63,195 nucleotides of DNA, filler included, from Octopus bimaculoides (GCF_001194135.2; 4 parts of 4 records of this genome joined end to end with filler, not necessarily neighbours in it); one strand, 5' to 3'; positions 12,081 to 25,229 are shown, counted from the first letter of the whole stretch. Numbers and translations: made by a program. Notes: generated from the letters alone by a model not told the origin.

Positions 12081-12245
12081 CATGACACGGCTGTGTATTG
12101 CAATGCATCACTTCCATTTGGGGTCCTTTACAATAAGCCAACACCTCTGGATGAGAAGAAAGACAGTTACGTTTGCGGTACCGAAGACCTCCGCCACATT
12201 TGGAGCTGCAGTTTGTCCAGCTACTCCATTTAGACCATTTGTTAT
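12081..12245 (-). CDS. SEMA5: Semaphorin-5-like protein, thrombospondin type 1 repeat exon
   Basis: Acceptor TTCTTTTGCTTCATTCTACTAG, 165 nt, donor G|GTAATT, phase 1-1. Encodes NKWSKWSSWTNCSSKCGGGLRYRKRNC...CKGPQMEVMHCNTQPCH (WSxWSxWxxCSxxC, RxRxC). Splices in frame to the 6641 exon (G+AA = Glu). Confidence 0.9.
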
Positions 12246-13808
12246 CTAGTAGAATGAAGCAAAAGAATATAATATAAACTTTGTAAAATAACAAAAAAAA
12301 AAAGAAAAAAAAGAAATATAGAAAATAAAGTCTTGTGAGAGACAAGAGGTTCAGCAACAACACAGATGAAAGATATGTCATGTTGTCGTTTTCTCAAAGA
12401 TTTCCAGCAAACTTGGTATTTTGTATTATGTTTCAGGTTATGCTACATAACATAAAATAATAAAATAAAATATTACACACACACACACAAACACTACAAT
12501 TCAACAGGTACTTCAACCACAGCTCTCTTTCTCTCTCTCTATTTTTTTTTTTTAATATTTAAAAGCAGGTTTATTGTTAACATACAAATATTGCCTGCAA
12601 GCCTTATATTATAATTTGGATGATTCTTTTATTAAGATTAGGATTATTAAGAATATAATAAAATGATGTGTCCTCTCTTCAGTTGATGTCCAAATCAATT
12701 TAGTTACATGGATTACTTAAAAACCATTGTAAAAAGTACTTTTTAATCTTTATATTTTAAAAATTCTAAAATAATAAAATATTTAAGCATTTAAATGTAG
12801 AAAAAACAATAGGCAGTTGGTTCTTTTGATTTAGAAAAGTATTAAAATTTTGAAAAATATTCTCAAGGATTTATAAACTGACAAGTATTAAGTTAAATTA
12901 CATAAAATGAAAACATTTTAATTACAAACATAATTTATTCTGAAATTTTCTTCATCATGCTTCAGATATGCAAGTAAAAATATGCTTCTTTAGCTCTCAA
13001 TCATTCATTTATTGTTTTTATTTTAGTCACTAAAATTGAATTTAGCTCAACATAAAATAATTAGTAATTATGTTTAAAATATGTTCTTTCAATGAGTATT
13101 TAAATTATTATGTTAATTATGATATTATACTAATATATTATATTAAAAAAATTTTTTATTCCATTACATTAATCATACAATATATTTTTTATTTTGTATT
13201 ATGTATATAATAATTCGTAGGTCTTCCATTTTTACTCAAGTAATACTTAGTTAATATGAAGAAAAATACAGAATCTGATGAATTAATTAATTTAAATACA
13301 TTTTATTGTCAATGTTTAAACAGATTTTCAGTTTGATAAGGAGATGAAATAGTTGAATAATGCTAATTTAAAGCTCAAAAGAAACAGACAGAAAGCGAAG
13401 AAATTAATGAAGCAGGCAAAGCAATTAATGAGAAAAAAGAGATAAAAGTATAAAATAGTTTCAGAAATAAGATTTTTATGAATTTTTTTACATTCACATT
13501 ATATAACAAAAAATAGATTTTCCCTAATTTCATGGATATAGGTGTGCATTCATATGTATGTGTGTCTACATGTGTGTGTCTATATGTGTGTTTAAATATA
13601 TGCACATATATATATATATATAATCATACATACATTTCTATATGTGTGTGGATTGATATATATATATATAAATATTTATATACATAAATACAAATATATT
13701 ATATAGTCCAACCCATATCAGCATGGAAAAATTGATGTTAATTAATGATTATGACGATGATGATGTGTGTGGGGGTATGCATGTATGTATGTATGTATTT
13801 ATATATTC

Positions 13809-13844
<36 letters not shown>

Positions 13845-13845
13845 A

Positions 13846-13896
<51 letters not shown>

Positions 13897-14174
13897 TTAT
13901 ATATTCATGTACATATATATATATATATACATTTTTGAAATGACATACATACNNNNNNNNNNNNNNNNNNNNNNNNNNNNNNNNNNNNNNNNNNNNNNNN
14001 NNNNNNNNNNNNNNNNNNNNNNNNNNNNNNNNNNNNNNNNNNNNNNNNNNNNNNNNNNNNNNNNNNNNNNNNNNNNNNNNNNNNNNNNNNNNNNNNNNNN
14101 NNNNNNNNNNNNNNNNNNNNNNNNNNNNNNNNNNNNNNNNNNNNNNNNNNNNNNNNNNNNNNNNNNNNNNNNNN

Positions 14175-14234
<60 letters not shown>

Positions 14235-14913
14235 CTATTTAATGGTTATAACTAATGATCAATTAATGTTATCGATCAGAGCAATTATTTGATCTGTTAT
14301 GCATTAATTTAGTCTATTTATGTATGTATGTGTTACTATCAAATCTGATCATCATTAATGTTTTAGATTTTAAAATTGTTCCAAAATGTTCTTGTGGTAA
14401 CAGAATGCATTATCATACAATTCCTTATGTGTTGATGTTTTTGTTTCGCCCAGATTCAGTAGAGCTCTGTTCAAAACAATTCTGGCAATGAGTATCTCAT
14501 CTTCTTTGATTTATTTCTGGGTTTTTGAGGGGAGGGGGCGGTTGTATAAGATAGGATGTTGTTTGAAGGAGATTTAGCTACTATTTCAAACATGTCTCTC
14601 AACCATAGAGAAATACTCTCATTAGTGTGTTTCTTGTTTATTGCATGTAAGAGCATGTATGCAAGCGAAAGAAAAAGAGAGAAAGAGAAAGAGAGTGAGT
14701 ATCAGAGAGAATTCTAGTAATTCTATTATAGTTTCCATAGATTATAAAGTTGATCCAGAACCAGCAAAAAAGCGGTCAAAGTTTAAGGAAACGAAAGAAA
14801 ATAAGAGAAAAAAAAAGAAATGCGAGAAAGCGCGATTAGTATAAGGGAAGTAACTCTCAAGTGTATTGAGTTATTTCCCTTGAAAACATATTTTACGTAA
14901 GTACTCAAAGCGA

Positions 14914-14957
<44 letters not shown>

Positions 14958-15800
14958 TGATACATACAAACAATTAGGAACACATACTCGTATATATAGA
15001 TAGATAGATACATATAGATTTGTACGTAGGTACANNNNNNNNNNNNNNNNNNNNNNNNNNNNNNNNNNNNNNNNNNNNNNNNNNNNNNNNNNNNNNNNNN
15101 NNNNNNNNNNNNNNNNNNNNNNNNNNNNNNNNNNNNNNNNNNNNNNNNNNNNNNNNNNNNNNNNNNNNNNNNNNNNNNNNNNNNNNNNNNNNNNNNNNNN
15201 NNNNNNNNNNNNNNNNNNNNNNNNNNNNNNNNNNNNNNNNNNNNNNNNNNNNNNNNNNNNNNNNNNNNNNNNNNNNNNNNNNNNNNNTATATATATATAT
15301 ACACGCGTGCGCACGCTCGCACACTTATATTAATACCAGTTATATTGTGTTAATCGTAATGACTGCTGAAATAAGCTGCATAAGTCACAGACATTTGATG
15401 AAGAAAACATGTAACAAATAAGAAATGTCTTTATAAAATTGACATGAATGTGAGTGAATGGCTTTCATTCAGCACAGTTTTGAGGATGAAGCTTCAAAGA
15501 TTATAAAGAAATTTTCTTCTTATCATTATCTTTATTAACAATGGCATGTTGTCAGTTTATTTGGAAACAAATATCAATAATTAAACGATAGCAAATATAT
15601 TTTGGAAACATATATACCCACGCATGCACGCGCGCACGCACACACACACAGTATATATAGAGCAAGGGTTGGCATTTTATTAACTCTGGGCTGAGTCCAG
15701 CTTACAGTCCCCGGTCAAAATTATATCAAGCCAGAATTGTATAAAAAAATTGCAAAAATATTTTGTGTATTATAAAGTATAACCAATTTATTGCACATAA

Positions 15801-16195
15801 GTGGAGGTGGAATGGCCCAGTGATTAGGGCAGTGGAGTCGCGGTCATAGAATCGCGGTTTCGATACCCATACCGGGCGTTGTAAGTGTTTACTGACCAAA
15901 ATCACCTAAAGCTCCACGAGGCTCCGGCAGGGGATGGTGGCGAACCCTGCTGTACTCTTTCGCCACAACTTTCTTTCACTCTTTCTTCCTGTTTCTATTG
16001 TGCCTGTAATTCAAAGGGTCAGCCTTGTCACACTGTGTCACACTGTGTCACACTGAATATCCCCAAGAACTACATTAAGGGTACATGTGTCTGTGGAGTG
16101 CTCAGCCACTTGCATGTTAATTTCACGAGCAGGCTGTTCCGTTGATCGGATCAACTGAAACCCTCGACGTCATATGTGACAGAGCACCAACAACA
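15801..16195 (+). mobile_element. tRNA-derived SINE, near full length
   Basis: TGGCCCAGTGA A box and GTTTCGATACC B box; body matches 62803-63160. Confidence 0.85.
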
Positions 16196-17815
16196 TTGCA
16201 CATAAACTTTAACATCTAAATCTGACATGAACTCCCAATGGTCATACGGACCCAGATTAAGAACCACTCACGTAGAAGCTTCCGCTAATGGCTAATGCTA
16301 AATTTGATTAATGCAAGTATAGAGTATATATAAGACTTAATTAATCAGTGAATTTTCATTTGTGGTATGATATGATTAAAGATTTGACTGTCATTTCTAG
16401 CAACTTTGACAACCATGTAGAGGCTCTCCCTCTATGTATGTTTTGCATGAATACATACAGAGAAAATGCAGGAGAGCAGAGAAAAGTGAAAGAAAAGGAG
16501 AAGAAATATTTCAAAGGGCAAACATGAATTTTCTGTCAGCAAGTATTAATTGCTATTAAATTTGTGAAAATTAATCTATAAATTATTTAAAATTATATAA
16601 AGAAACTGGCTTAAGATTATCTCCCACACACATACACAAAATAAATAATCGTATAAATAAAGCATTGGATATCAATTTATTCTGGAAGTAATTATACACA
16701 CAAATCTGAATGTTATAAATTAGTTTGCTTTATAAATATCTTTATGTAACAAAGCGGTTTGCAAAATAAATACAAAAATAATAAATAAATAAAAATGTGG
16801 CCATCACCAAAACTGACTTTAAGAAGTCAAAAGCAATAAAGTGTATTAGAAAGGCAAAGATCAATTCAAGACAAGTTGGAAAAAATAGAAAATTGTGAGC
16901 AAGAGAAAGCCAAAAACTGACAAAAAAAAAGAGAGGAAATATTAAAAGAGGAAAATTAGTACCAAAATATTATATAAAAATCAACAATACTTACATCTAA
17001 CAGAGAAACAAAAAAATTAAACAGGTACTTACTTCATTGCAAACACACACACACACACAGTGCTCAGTGATGTTTAGTATAAGCAAAGATGTGTTGGGGT
17101 GTAACCAAGGTCAATGGTGCTACATGATCAGGTGGAAAAGCATTTAAATGGCAACAAAAACATTACAGATTCAATTCAATATTACTGGATTTTCACACTT
17201 ATCTTTGAAAGTATGTATATAAACTCCAAGTAGTGACAAAGTGAAATATCAGCTGTATACAATATTTATTGTATTTACTCATGTAACAGATGCACTCATA
17301 TATAACTTGTATTTCTGTATAAGATGCATCCCTAATCTTGGTAAAAAAAATTAATTTTCCTCTTAATGTCTTCGCTTTACCTATAAGTCACATCCTAGGT
17401 TTTTCAGTTAAAATCAAGTATAGAATAGTGCAACTTATACACAAATAAATACAGTGATTATACAACTCAACTTATATTGAATGCTTTTCTATCATTTGTG
17501 ATGCAAAAATAAAGATGTATAAACAGTTATATTATTCCAAAACTGTGTTGTTCTTTGCAGTTTCTGACTTTTGAGAAAATTCAGGGAAATAGTATTAATA
17601 CACAGAAGTAAAAAGCTTAGAGAAGCAATGTAGTGAAGCTTCAGGTTCAAACAAATAAAAATATTTTATTACATATATATATATGTATATGCATATGTAT
17701 TTATGTACATATATTTGTATGCTTGTATATAGATATACATACAGATAGGTAAGTAGATAGATTGATTCATATATGTGCGCGTACATACATGTGTATATGT
17801 ATATATATATGTAAG

Positions 17816-17868
<53 letters not shown>

Positions 17869-17968
17869 NNNNNNNNNNNNNNNNNNNNNNNNNNNNNNNN
17901 NNNNNNNNNNNNTTAATTAATTAANNNNNNNNNNNNNNNNNNNNNNNNNNNNNNNNNNNNNNNNNNNN
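17869..17968. other. Artificial scaffold spacer (44N-TTAATTAATTAA-44N)
   Basis: Exactly 100 nt; same structure at 41488-41587 and 57791-57890. Confidence 0.9.
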
Positions 17969-17989
17969 TATGTGCATTATTTACATTTG

Positions 17990-18925
17990 ACAGATATTTG
18001 TCCTCATCTCTCAAATATAGAACTATATTATCTAATCGGTACGGAGCTGACATTAGACTTCCATTGAGACATACAGAGAAACTCCATCAAAAACTATCTC
18101 GTCTTTCAAACCATCTAACTGTCTTGTGTAGATGTAGAGACTCAATGCTAATACCACCTGGCTTGAATGTAATGACACCAGTGGATTAATATAAAGCTCG
18201 AAGAGAAGCGGAGAGGGCAGGAGACGCTCTCGTCCGTGAGAGGATCCATTACAACCGCTGAAAAAAAAACATCAACTAAATAGCGAAATCAGAGAGGGGA
18301 TATTTTCATTACTCGGTAGAATAACCAGAGATGATGATAGAAAGAGAATCCAACAAGATCTAGAAAAGTCGTATAAGAAAGAATTTGAAATGGTGAAGAC
18401 ATGCCAGATTAAGAAGTTTATGAAGCTCAAAGGTTAGAGAATAAAGACTGATAGCCGTCACCAACTCATGAAAGCAGTAACTAACGTAAGTGACCGACAT
18501 CTAGAAAGCTCTGAAGAAGGAGTACTAAACAAAGGTCTCAACCTTGCAACATTTCATCAAGCGCATTCCATACTAGGCCATAATAGCCGCTATTGAAGAG
18601 ATAGCCTTAAAGATACCATAAGCTCAGGGAGAGGAAGTAAGGTGGAAAGTGAGTCAGGTAGTAGAAAAAGCGAAACTTCCAAAACCAAACATCACAAAGG
18701 AAGAAAAGTTCTTCCAGCAGACAAGGGAATGCTACAGTGGTGATGACCAAGTCTCACTACTCTGAAACATTGGCAAGTCTCATTAGTGATGGTAACTACA
18801 GCAAAGTAAAAAAAAAAGTCCCAACTTTGAAAATAGAGAGGAGGTTGTTACAGATATTGTACAATGAAGTACAGACAACTGACTCAACACTTCAGGAAGC
18901 TACCACACATGTACGGTCTCCCTAA
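17990..18925 (+). mobile_element. Penelope-like retroelement remnant (N-terminus to start of RT)
   Basis: Frameshifted motifs LSRLSNHLTVLCRCRDSMLIPPGL, VLNKGLN, KPNITKEE, DKGNATVVM and LPHMYGLPK. Confidence 0.85.
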
Positions 18926-20165
18926 ATTAACCTCTCATATCAATCGACTTTTCTTTCTTCTTTGCCACATACATTGTTGTCAGCTGGGCATGCTATATCT
19001 TATAATCCAACATCGTTTGATTTCTTTCTCAATAAACAGTATATCTGGTTTCCTATTCTCTATCTTTAGGTTGCACTGAATCATAAAATCCCATAAGATC
19101 TTTGCATTATCATTTTCGATGATGCCTTCGAGTTAATGTTCGTACCACTTTTTTGTTCTGTCAAGTCCATGTGTGTTGCAAAGTGTCCAATGGACAATCC
19201 TTGATATATTGTCATGACGTCTCTCATATTCTTTCTGGGCTAATGGCGAACATTGACTAGTAATATGACATATAGCGTCACCATCTTGTCCACAAATTCT
19301 GCACTCACTTCTGATGACTTGTCTATTCTGTATTTCATGTAATTGGTTCTTAATGCTTACTTTTGGACAGCACAGATTAGAGCCTCCGTTTCCGGTTTTA
19401 AATCACTTTTAGTCATCCACAGCCATCATCTTTTTTCTCTGTCTGTCTTATCCTCAACATCCCTATGAAATTCATCATGCATTCTTTTCTTTATCCAGCT
19501 ATTTTCAGTTTCATTCATTCCCATGTGCTTGTACACTGCTTTATCTTTGCAGTCTTCAATCCTAGACAAGCCTAACCTTCTTACTTCCAATAATAACGGT
19601 TTTGTTGACTTTTTTACATACCATGCTATATTGTTTTCGTCTGCTCTAATGCTGTGTTCGCATCCAATCAGTCCTCTTCTCCTTCTTTTTCTTGGTACAT
19701 ACAGTCTATCTGTGTCACGTTTTGTATGGAGTATCCTATATCTAATCCTCAACTTCTTTCTCATTCTGTGTAAAATATTTACTTCATCTACTGTCCATGC
19801 GATTACCCCTCCTCCATATCTAAAGATTGAAACCGCCCAGGTGTTGATAGATTCAATCTTATTCCGTCTATTTAATTTGGACTTAAGGGTAAGTCTCTGA
19901 CTGCGAAGGTACTCCACCTTAAATTTTTCTGTCATTTCTTTCTCAATCAATTTATCCCTTTCCAATATCCCGAAGTACTTATAGCCCGTCTCTTGTATCT
20001 GCTTCATGACCTCCCCCCCCCGTCGGTATGGCTAGCCCGTCCATACATTTGGTTTTGGCTCCATTCAAGACTAACACAACACACTCTTTCAGTCTGAACT
20101 GCATTCTGGTATAAACTTCAATCTTATTCCGTCCGTTTAATTTCGACTTAAGGATCAGTCTCATT
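18926..20165 (-). mobile_element. R4/Dong-clade non-LTR retrotransposon remnant (RT thumb, CCHC, REL endonuclease)
   Basis: GYKYFGILE, INTWAVSIFRY, DTDRLYVPRKRRRRGLI, CRICG...HITSQCSPLAQKEYERRHDNI, KILWDFMIQ and RKPDI...IACPADNNV. Confidence 0.9.
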
Positions 20166-20178
20166 ATTATTATTATTA

Positions 20179-20221
<43 letters not shown>

Positions 20222-20323
20222 CATTATTAGTATTATTATTATTATTGTTATCATTATTATTATTATTATTATTATTATAATTATTGTTATTATTATTGTT
20301 ATTATTATTATTATTATTATTAC
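20162..20323. repeat. (ATT)n microsatellite
   Basis: Direct reading. Confidence 0.95.
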
Positions 20324-21464
20324 TTATATAACCATATGCCTTACCACAATCACCTATGAAATCATGAAAATGAATTTGGAATGCCTCATATATATTTCGA
20401 AATGCGTCAATGCACCTAGCAGGTACGTGGGCTGTTACATATTACATTGCGTGTCTTATTGACTATATAAGTAGAATCATACAGGAAATTATTCATAACG
20501 ATTATATAAATTTACATAGAATTTTAAATACAAAGGCAACATATTCACGCATACCATTGTAATGTAACGGTGCATGGAATAAACCTCCTACGTCGACACA
20601 AACACACATTGCATCATAGAGATGCACGCACTAGAATGCATACACATACACAGAGAGATGCAAGCACTTGAATGCAAATGCATACACAGAGATTATCTTT
20701 TTATTTAGATGTATATGAATACATATGTATACACATATCTGTATAAATGCATATGCGCAAACCCTATGTACCTGATGCAAACACACACACTCAGATACAC
20801 ACACATATGCTTGTATGTATGTATATATGTATGTATGTATGTATGTGTGCGTGAGTGTGCGTGTGTGAATTGTTATGCATGTATACGTGTTTAAAGAGGT
20901 ACGTATTTCTACTGGGTTGTATCGGATGTTGGTACGGTATGTATTACTTAATAATAGGATAGAGGTTGACATGAAAAGTCACGTTGCGTTATGAAATAAT
21001 CTAGTGTCGGTGTGCAAAAACGATTCAGTATGTCTGAATGAGATGCACTGCAGTAATCTTAGTTAACTGAAGAATTGATGTGCAAAAGATGTCAGATTAT
21101 GTTCAAAGGCCCTACTGCGCTATTATGTTTTAGGAATAATTCGTAGTCACAAGATTCTATCAAATGTACACAATGAGACATTTTAGAAATATATATAAAT
21201 AATTAAACCACTTGAATTGCATTTAGGAAAGAATTTCTAAAGCGACACTTAATTCTAAAGACGTACTCATGCACACAGGTATAGATTTAATGTCAGATGA
21301 TATTAGTTTTCATATTATATACACATAGTGTATATAGTATATATATATAGAATTTGCGTTGTGTTGTCCGTGGGCATTGATAGAGAAAAAAACAAGGATA
21401 GAATGCCTTGTGGTACTTTTTCTGTTAAAATGTAGCTTCAATTCAAATATGTTCTGCATAAGCG

Positions 21465-21625
21465 CAGGAGTGGCTGTGTGGTAAGTAGCCTGTTTACCGG
21501 CCACATGTTTTCGAGTTCAGTACCACCGCGTGGCACCTTGTGCAAGTGTCTTCTACTATAGCCTCGGGCCGACCAAAGCCTTGTGAATGGATTTGGTAGA
21601 CGGAAACTGAAAGAAGGCCGTCGTA
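21465..21625 (+). mobile_element. tRNA-derived SINE family A
   Basis: GCAGGAGTGGCTGTGTGGTAAG...GGAAACTGAAAGAAGGCCGTCGTATA. Confidence 0.85.
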
Positions 21626-21639
21626 TATACTCTTTCACA

Positions 21640-21818
21640 CTTTTACCTGTTTCACTCATTTGACTGTGGCCATGCTAGAGCACCACCTTTAGTAGAGAAA
21701 ATCGACCCCATGACTTATTCTTTGCAAGCCTAGTACTTATTCTATCGGTCTCTTTTGCCGAACCACTAATTTACGGGGACGTAAACACTCCAGCATCGGT
21801 TGTAAAGCGATGTTGGTG
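21640..21818 (-). mobile_element. SINE family B
   Basis: Reverse complement of the family B body (GTGTTTACGTCCCCGTAA...ATGGCCACAGTCAAATGAGTGAAAC). Confidence 0.75.
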
Positions 21819-21829
21819 GNNNNNNNNNN

Positions 21830-21859
<30 letters not shown>

Positions 21860-21861
<2 letters not shown>

Positions 21862-21998
21862 TACGACGGGCTTCTTTCAGTTTCCGTCTACCAAATCCAC
21901 TCACAAGGCTTTGGTCGGCCAGAGGCTATAGCAGAAGACACTTGCCCAAGGATCCACGCTGTGGAACTGAACCTGGAACCATGTGGCTGGTAAGCAAG
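21860..21998 (-). mobile_element. SINE family A, inverted copy
   Basis: Reverse complement of 21465-21625. Confidence 0.85.
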
Positions 21999-22034
21999 CT
22001 ATATATATATGTATGCATGTATGTGTGTATATGA

Positions 22035-22230
22035 ATTTGTTCGTCTCCTACCCCCACAACATCGCTTGACAACCGATGCTGGTGTGTTTACTTCCCCGTA
22101 ACGTAGCGGTTCAGCAAANNNNNNNNNNAAAAGAGCCCGATAGGATAAGTACTGGGTTTCATTTGCTCGACTAAACGGCAGTACTCCAGCATGGCCGCAG
22201 TCAAATGTCTGAAACAAGTAAAAGAATAAA
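22035..22230 (+). mobile_element. SINE family B
   Basis: GGTGTGTTTACTTCCCCGTAACGTAGCGGTTC...CCAGCATGGCCGCAGTCAAATGTCTGAAACAAGTAAAAG. Confidence 0.8.
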
Positions 22231-22519
22231 AAAGTAATCCAGTTTCACTGAAGGGCAAGGGAATGTCGGAAGTGCTGGAATTTCAGAAAGTTGGCAGTAA
22301 TTGTATTAATTTTTTTTATTCTGACAGCAACAACTTTGACTGGACATTCATAAATCACGCTCGAATTATGCTTCGACAACATTGGTGTTCTGGCGAAGTG
22401 AGATTTCCAGATTTGAATTTGCTGACACAAGAAGATCATGTGCTTTAGAGAAGGTGTGAGAGGCAGTGAGATCTGTGATAGAGAGAGACCACAATATCAG
22501 AAATGGTTGGGCGAGCCAG

Positions 22520-22740
22520 CAGAAATGTTAACACGCAGTGCGAAATGCTTAGTGGTATTTCTTCTGTCGATACGTTCTCTGTATATTCCACCAAGGTCGA
22601 CTTTGCTTTTCATCCTTTCGGGGTCGATTAAATAAGTACCAGTAACGCACCGGGGTCGATGTAATCGACTTAATCCGTTTGTCTGTCCTTGTTTATCCCC
22701 TCTGTATGTAGCCCCTTGTGGGCAGTAAAGAAATAAGAAA
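22520..22740 (+). mobile_element. SINE family C
   Basis: AGGTCGACTTTGCTTTTCATCCTTTCGGGGTCGATTAAATAAGTACCAG; shared with 28820-29000. Confidence 0.7.
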
Positions 22741-22819
22741 TGGTTGGGAAATTATAATTTCTTAGATGAATACCGTCTATAAAGACATACGCATCCATTT
22801 TGGGTCTGAAGTGGCAAAT

Positions 22820-23545
22820 GTTCATAAAATATTTCATAAAGAGGTGAACTTGCGCCACATTTCTGCAAAGTTTGTTCCCAAGTTACTCAGTGACGAACAG
22901 AAACAAAACCGCGTTGGTTATAACTAGGAGATTGTTGGGCACATTACCTCGAATGTAAAAATACTTGAGTCTCTTGTGACCTATGAAGAATCCTGGATCT
23001 ACTGTGACAATCTAAAGATCAAAGAGATATCATGCTTAAAGGAAGTATCCGGGCTCCTCCTGACCCCAAAATGTTTGCAAAAGCAAGTCAACTGTAACAC
23101 TCATGATGATTCTTTTTTCGAAATCAAGGGCATTGTCTACATCCACTGGATTCTGACTGGCCAAACAAATGGTCAACAGATTTTTGAGGATGATTTAAGG
23201 ACATTTAGCAAGTGTTTTCGTTGCAGAAGGCCAGAGTTCCTCCTGCTGGGTCGGAGTAATATGTACTAGGACAATTCACCAGTTTACACTTCCAGTCTGG
23301 TAACCAACTACTAAATAGAGATGGGCTTCAAAACTATCCGTTACCTTCCCAGACCTTGCTCCCTGAAACGTTCCTTTCCCCCTGAAACTAAAGGAGGACC
23401 TCCGAGGCAGTCGTTTTGAAGACGTTGAGGAGATGAAGAAGGCTAGACACTTTCACTTTGGAGGACTTCCATGGAACCCTCACAAATTGGCTGGAGCACT
23501 GCAACAAGTGCATTGAAGTCAAAGGATAAAAATTTGAAGAATAGA
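22820..23545 (+). mobile_element. Mariner transposase pseudogene
   Basis: ISAKFVPKLLSDEQKQNRV, LVTYEESWIY (degenerate TGDETW), FFEIKGIVYIHWI, DNSPVYTS, LKEDLRGSRFEDVEEMK and WLEHCNKCIEVKG. Confidence 0.88.
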
Positions 23546-23672
23546 GTTTTGTACTTCTTTGCAATGAGGGTCTCCTCTGAAAAGCCTCAAAACGTCTGAA
23601 ATGCACCATGTATATTTAATTGCATGCACTCATACAGGTATTCATGTGTATGTGTTTGTGTGAGTGTGTGTG

Positions 23673-23726
<54 letters not shown>

Positions 23727-24952
23727 CGTGTGCATGTATATACATATACTCCTCTTTGAGTTTGTACAATAGGAATAAAAATATTTTTAATTATTTCTAG
23801 ACATTCCCAACTACATCAACCTGCAAACGACTGGAGCAAAATGTGTGAAATAGACAATGACACATTAATGTATAGCCTTCCTTTCTTGATAGCCTTAGAG
23901 TCTACGGAAAGGGGAGTTAAACCTATCTTTTGTTGAGGTATCTGGATTATTATATAGCGACATTATTCTTACCATTTTCGGTATATTAATTTCTAATTGG
24001 CAGGATCTGACCGGGCGATATTGATGTCAAAGGCAAAATGAGGAACGTGTAATGGAACTAACACTTAGCTTGAAAAGAAACTATATAATAGAAACGAACA
24101 TGGCTGGCTGCTTTTCAATTCATATTGGTGAAGGAAAGAAACAAATAACTGCAAGATTGAACTTCCAAATGAGATTCTATCAGGTTAATGTGGAATAGAT
24201 AATCAATTTCTTTGGTGACCTACTGGATCCTTTGTGCTTCACGAAACGATTAATATTCACCCTTATCAAAGGTGTTATGTTTTATAAATGAGAAAAATTA
24301 TCAAGATTTTTGTTTGCGAAACCGAATATTACAGACTTTCATTCCTACGATAAAAGACGAAATTTGTTTAATTTTCCTAGAGACGTTTTAACCGCACAAA
24401 TAATTTGACCTTGAAGAAGGAATGTGCTATTGTTTGTTGCAGAATGTAAATAACTTTGTCTTTGTAACGGAACATAAATATGAATAACGCATTTACTCTA
24501 CTCGTTTGTAAAATTATTAATAAACGTGATCATAATGGAGAACAAATTGTGAAATGAGGTAAAGGGTATCATACACATTTATAGCTTTCACTGGAATAAC
24601 ATATGTAACGGTAGTCGAAATACCTTAATGATATTCATTGAATAATATAGGACTGTTGTTGAGAATATATCTGTTTCAAAACGATCAAATGAATTTTTAT
24701 CTGGCAGAGACTATTGTTCATACTGCTGGGATATCGTCTGAGCCAAATACTGTCACCCGTAATGGTGTCACATTTACAATTCTGTTATTCAGAAAATTAA
24801 TGGAAAATATATTTACATGTTAATATCTAGGTTTTTGAACTTATGTTGTTTATTGATTTTTTTTTTCTTTTTGGTTATTCCATTATCAACAATCACCATT
24901 AACCATTATCATTAATAACCATGTGGACAGTTACTAACTAAAGCGAGAGTGT

Positions 24953-25003
<51 letters not shown>

Positions 25004-25013
25004 NNNNNNNNNN

Positions 25014-25093
<80 letters not shown>

Positions 25094-25229
25094 AATTGTC
25101 ACTAAATGCGACTACGGTTTTATAAGCACGTACATTGCTAGAAATAAGAGGTAAAATGCTCTAATGCTGTATTCAAAATATATATTCAGACAGAGAATTA
25201 AGTCTGAAATCTGCCGAAGTAGAGCAAGT

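Noticed and set aside
14471-14656. 61-aa minus-strand ORF as a candidate semaphorin exon
   Set aside because: No TSP1 or Sema motif and no convincing splice sites.
15801-15875. tRNA-like A/B boxes here and at the other SINE heads
   Set aside because: They continue into repeat bodies shared between copies and lack an acceptor stem; SINEs, not tRNA genes.
22263-22448. Plus-strand ORF after a ...TTCTGACAG acceptor-like site
   Set aside because: No recognisable domain, no donor, and it sits between SINEs.
23960-24075. Minus-strand acceptor/donor pair (TTTTCAAG...ATG|GTAAGA)
   Set aside because: Stop codons in all three frames.
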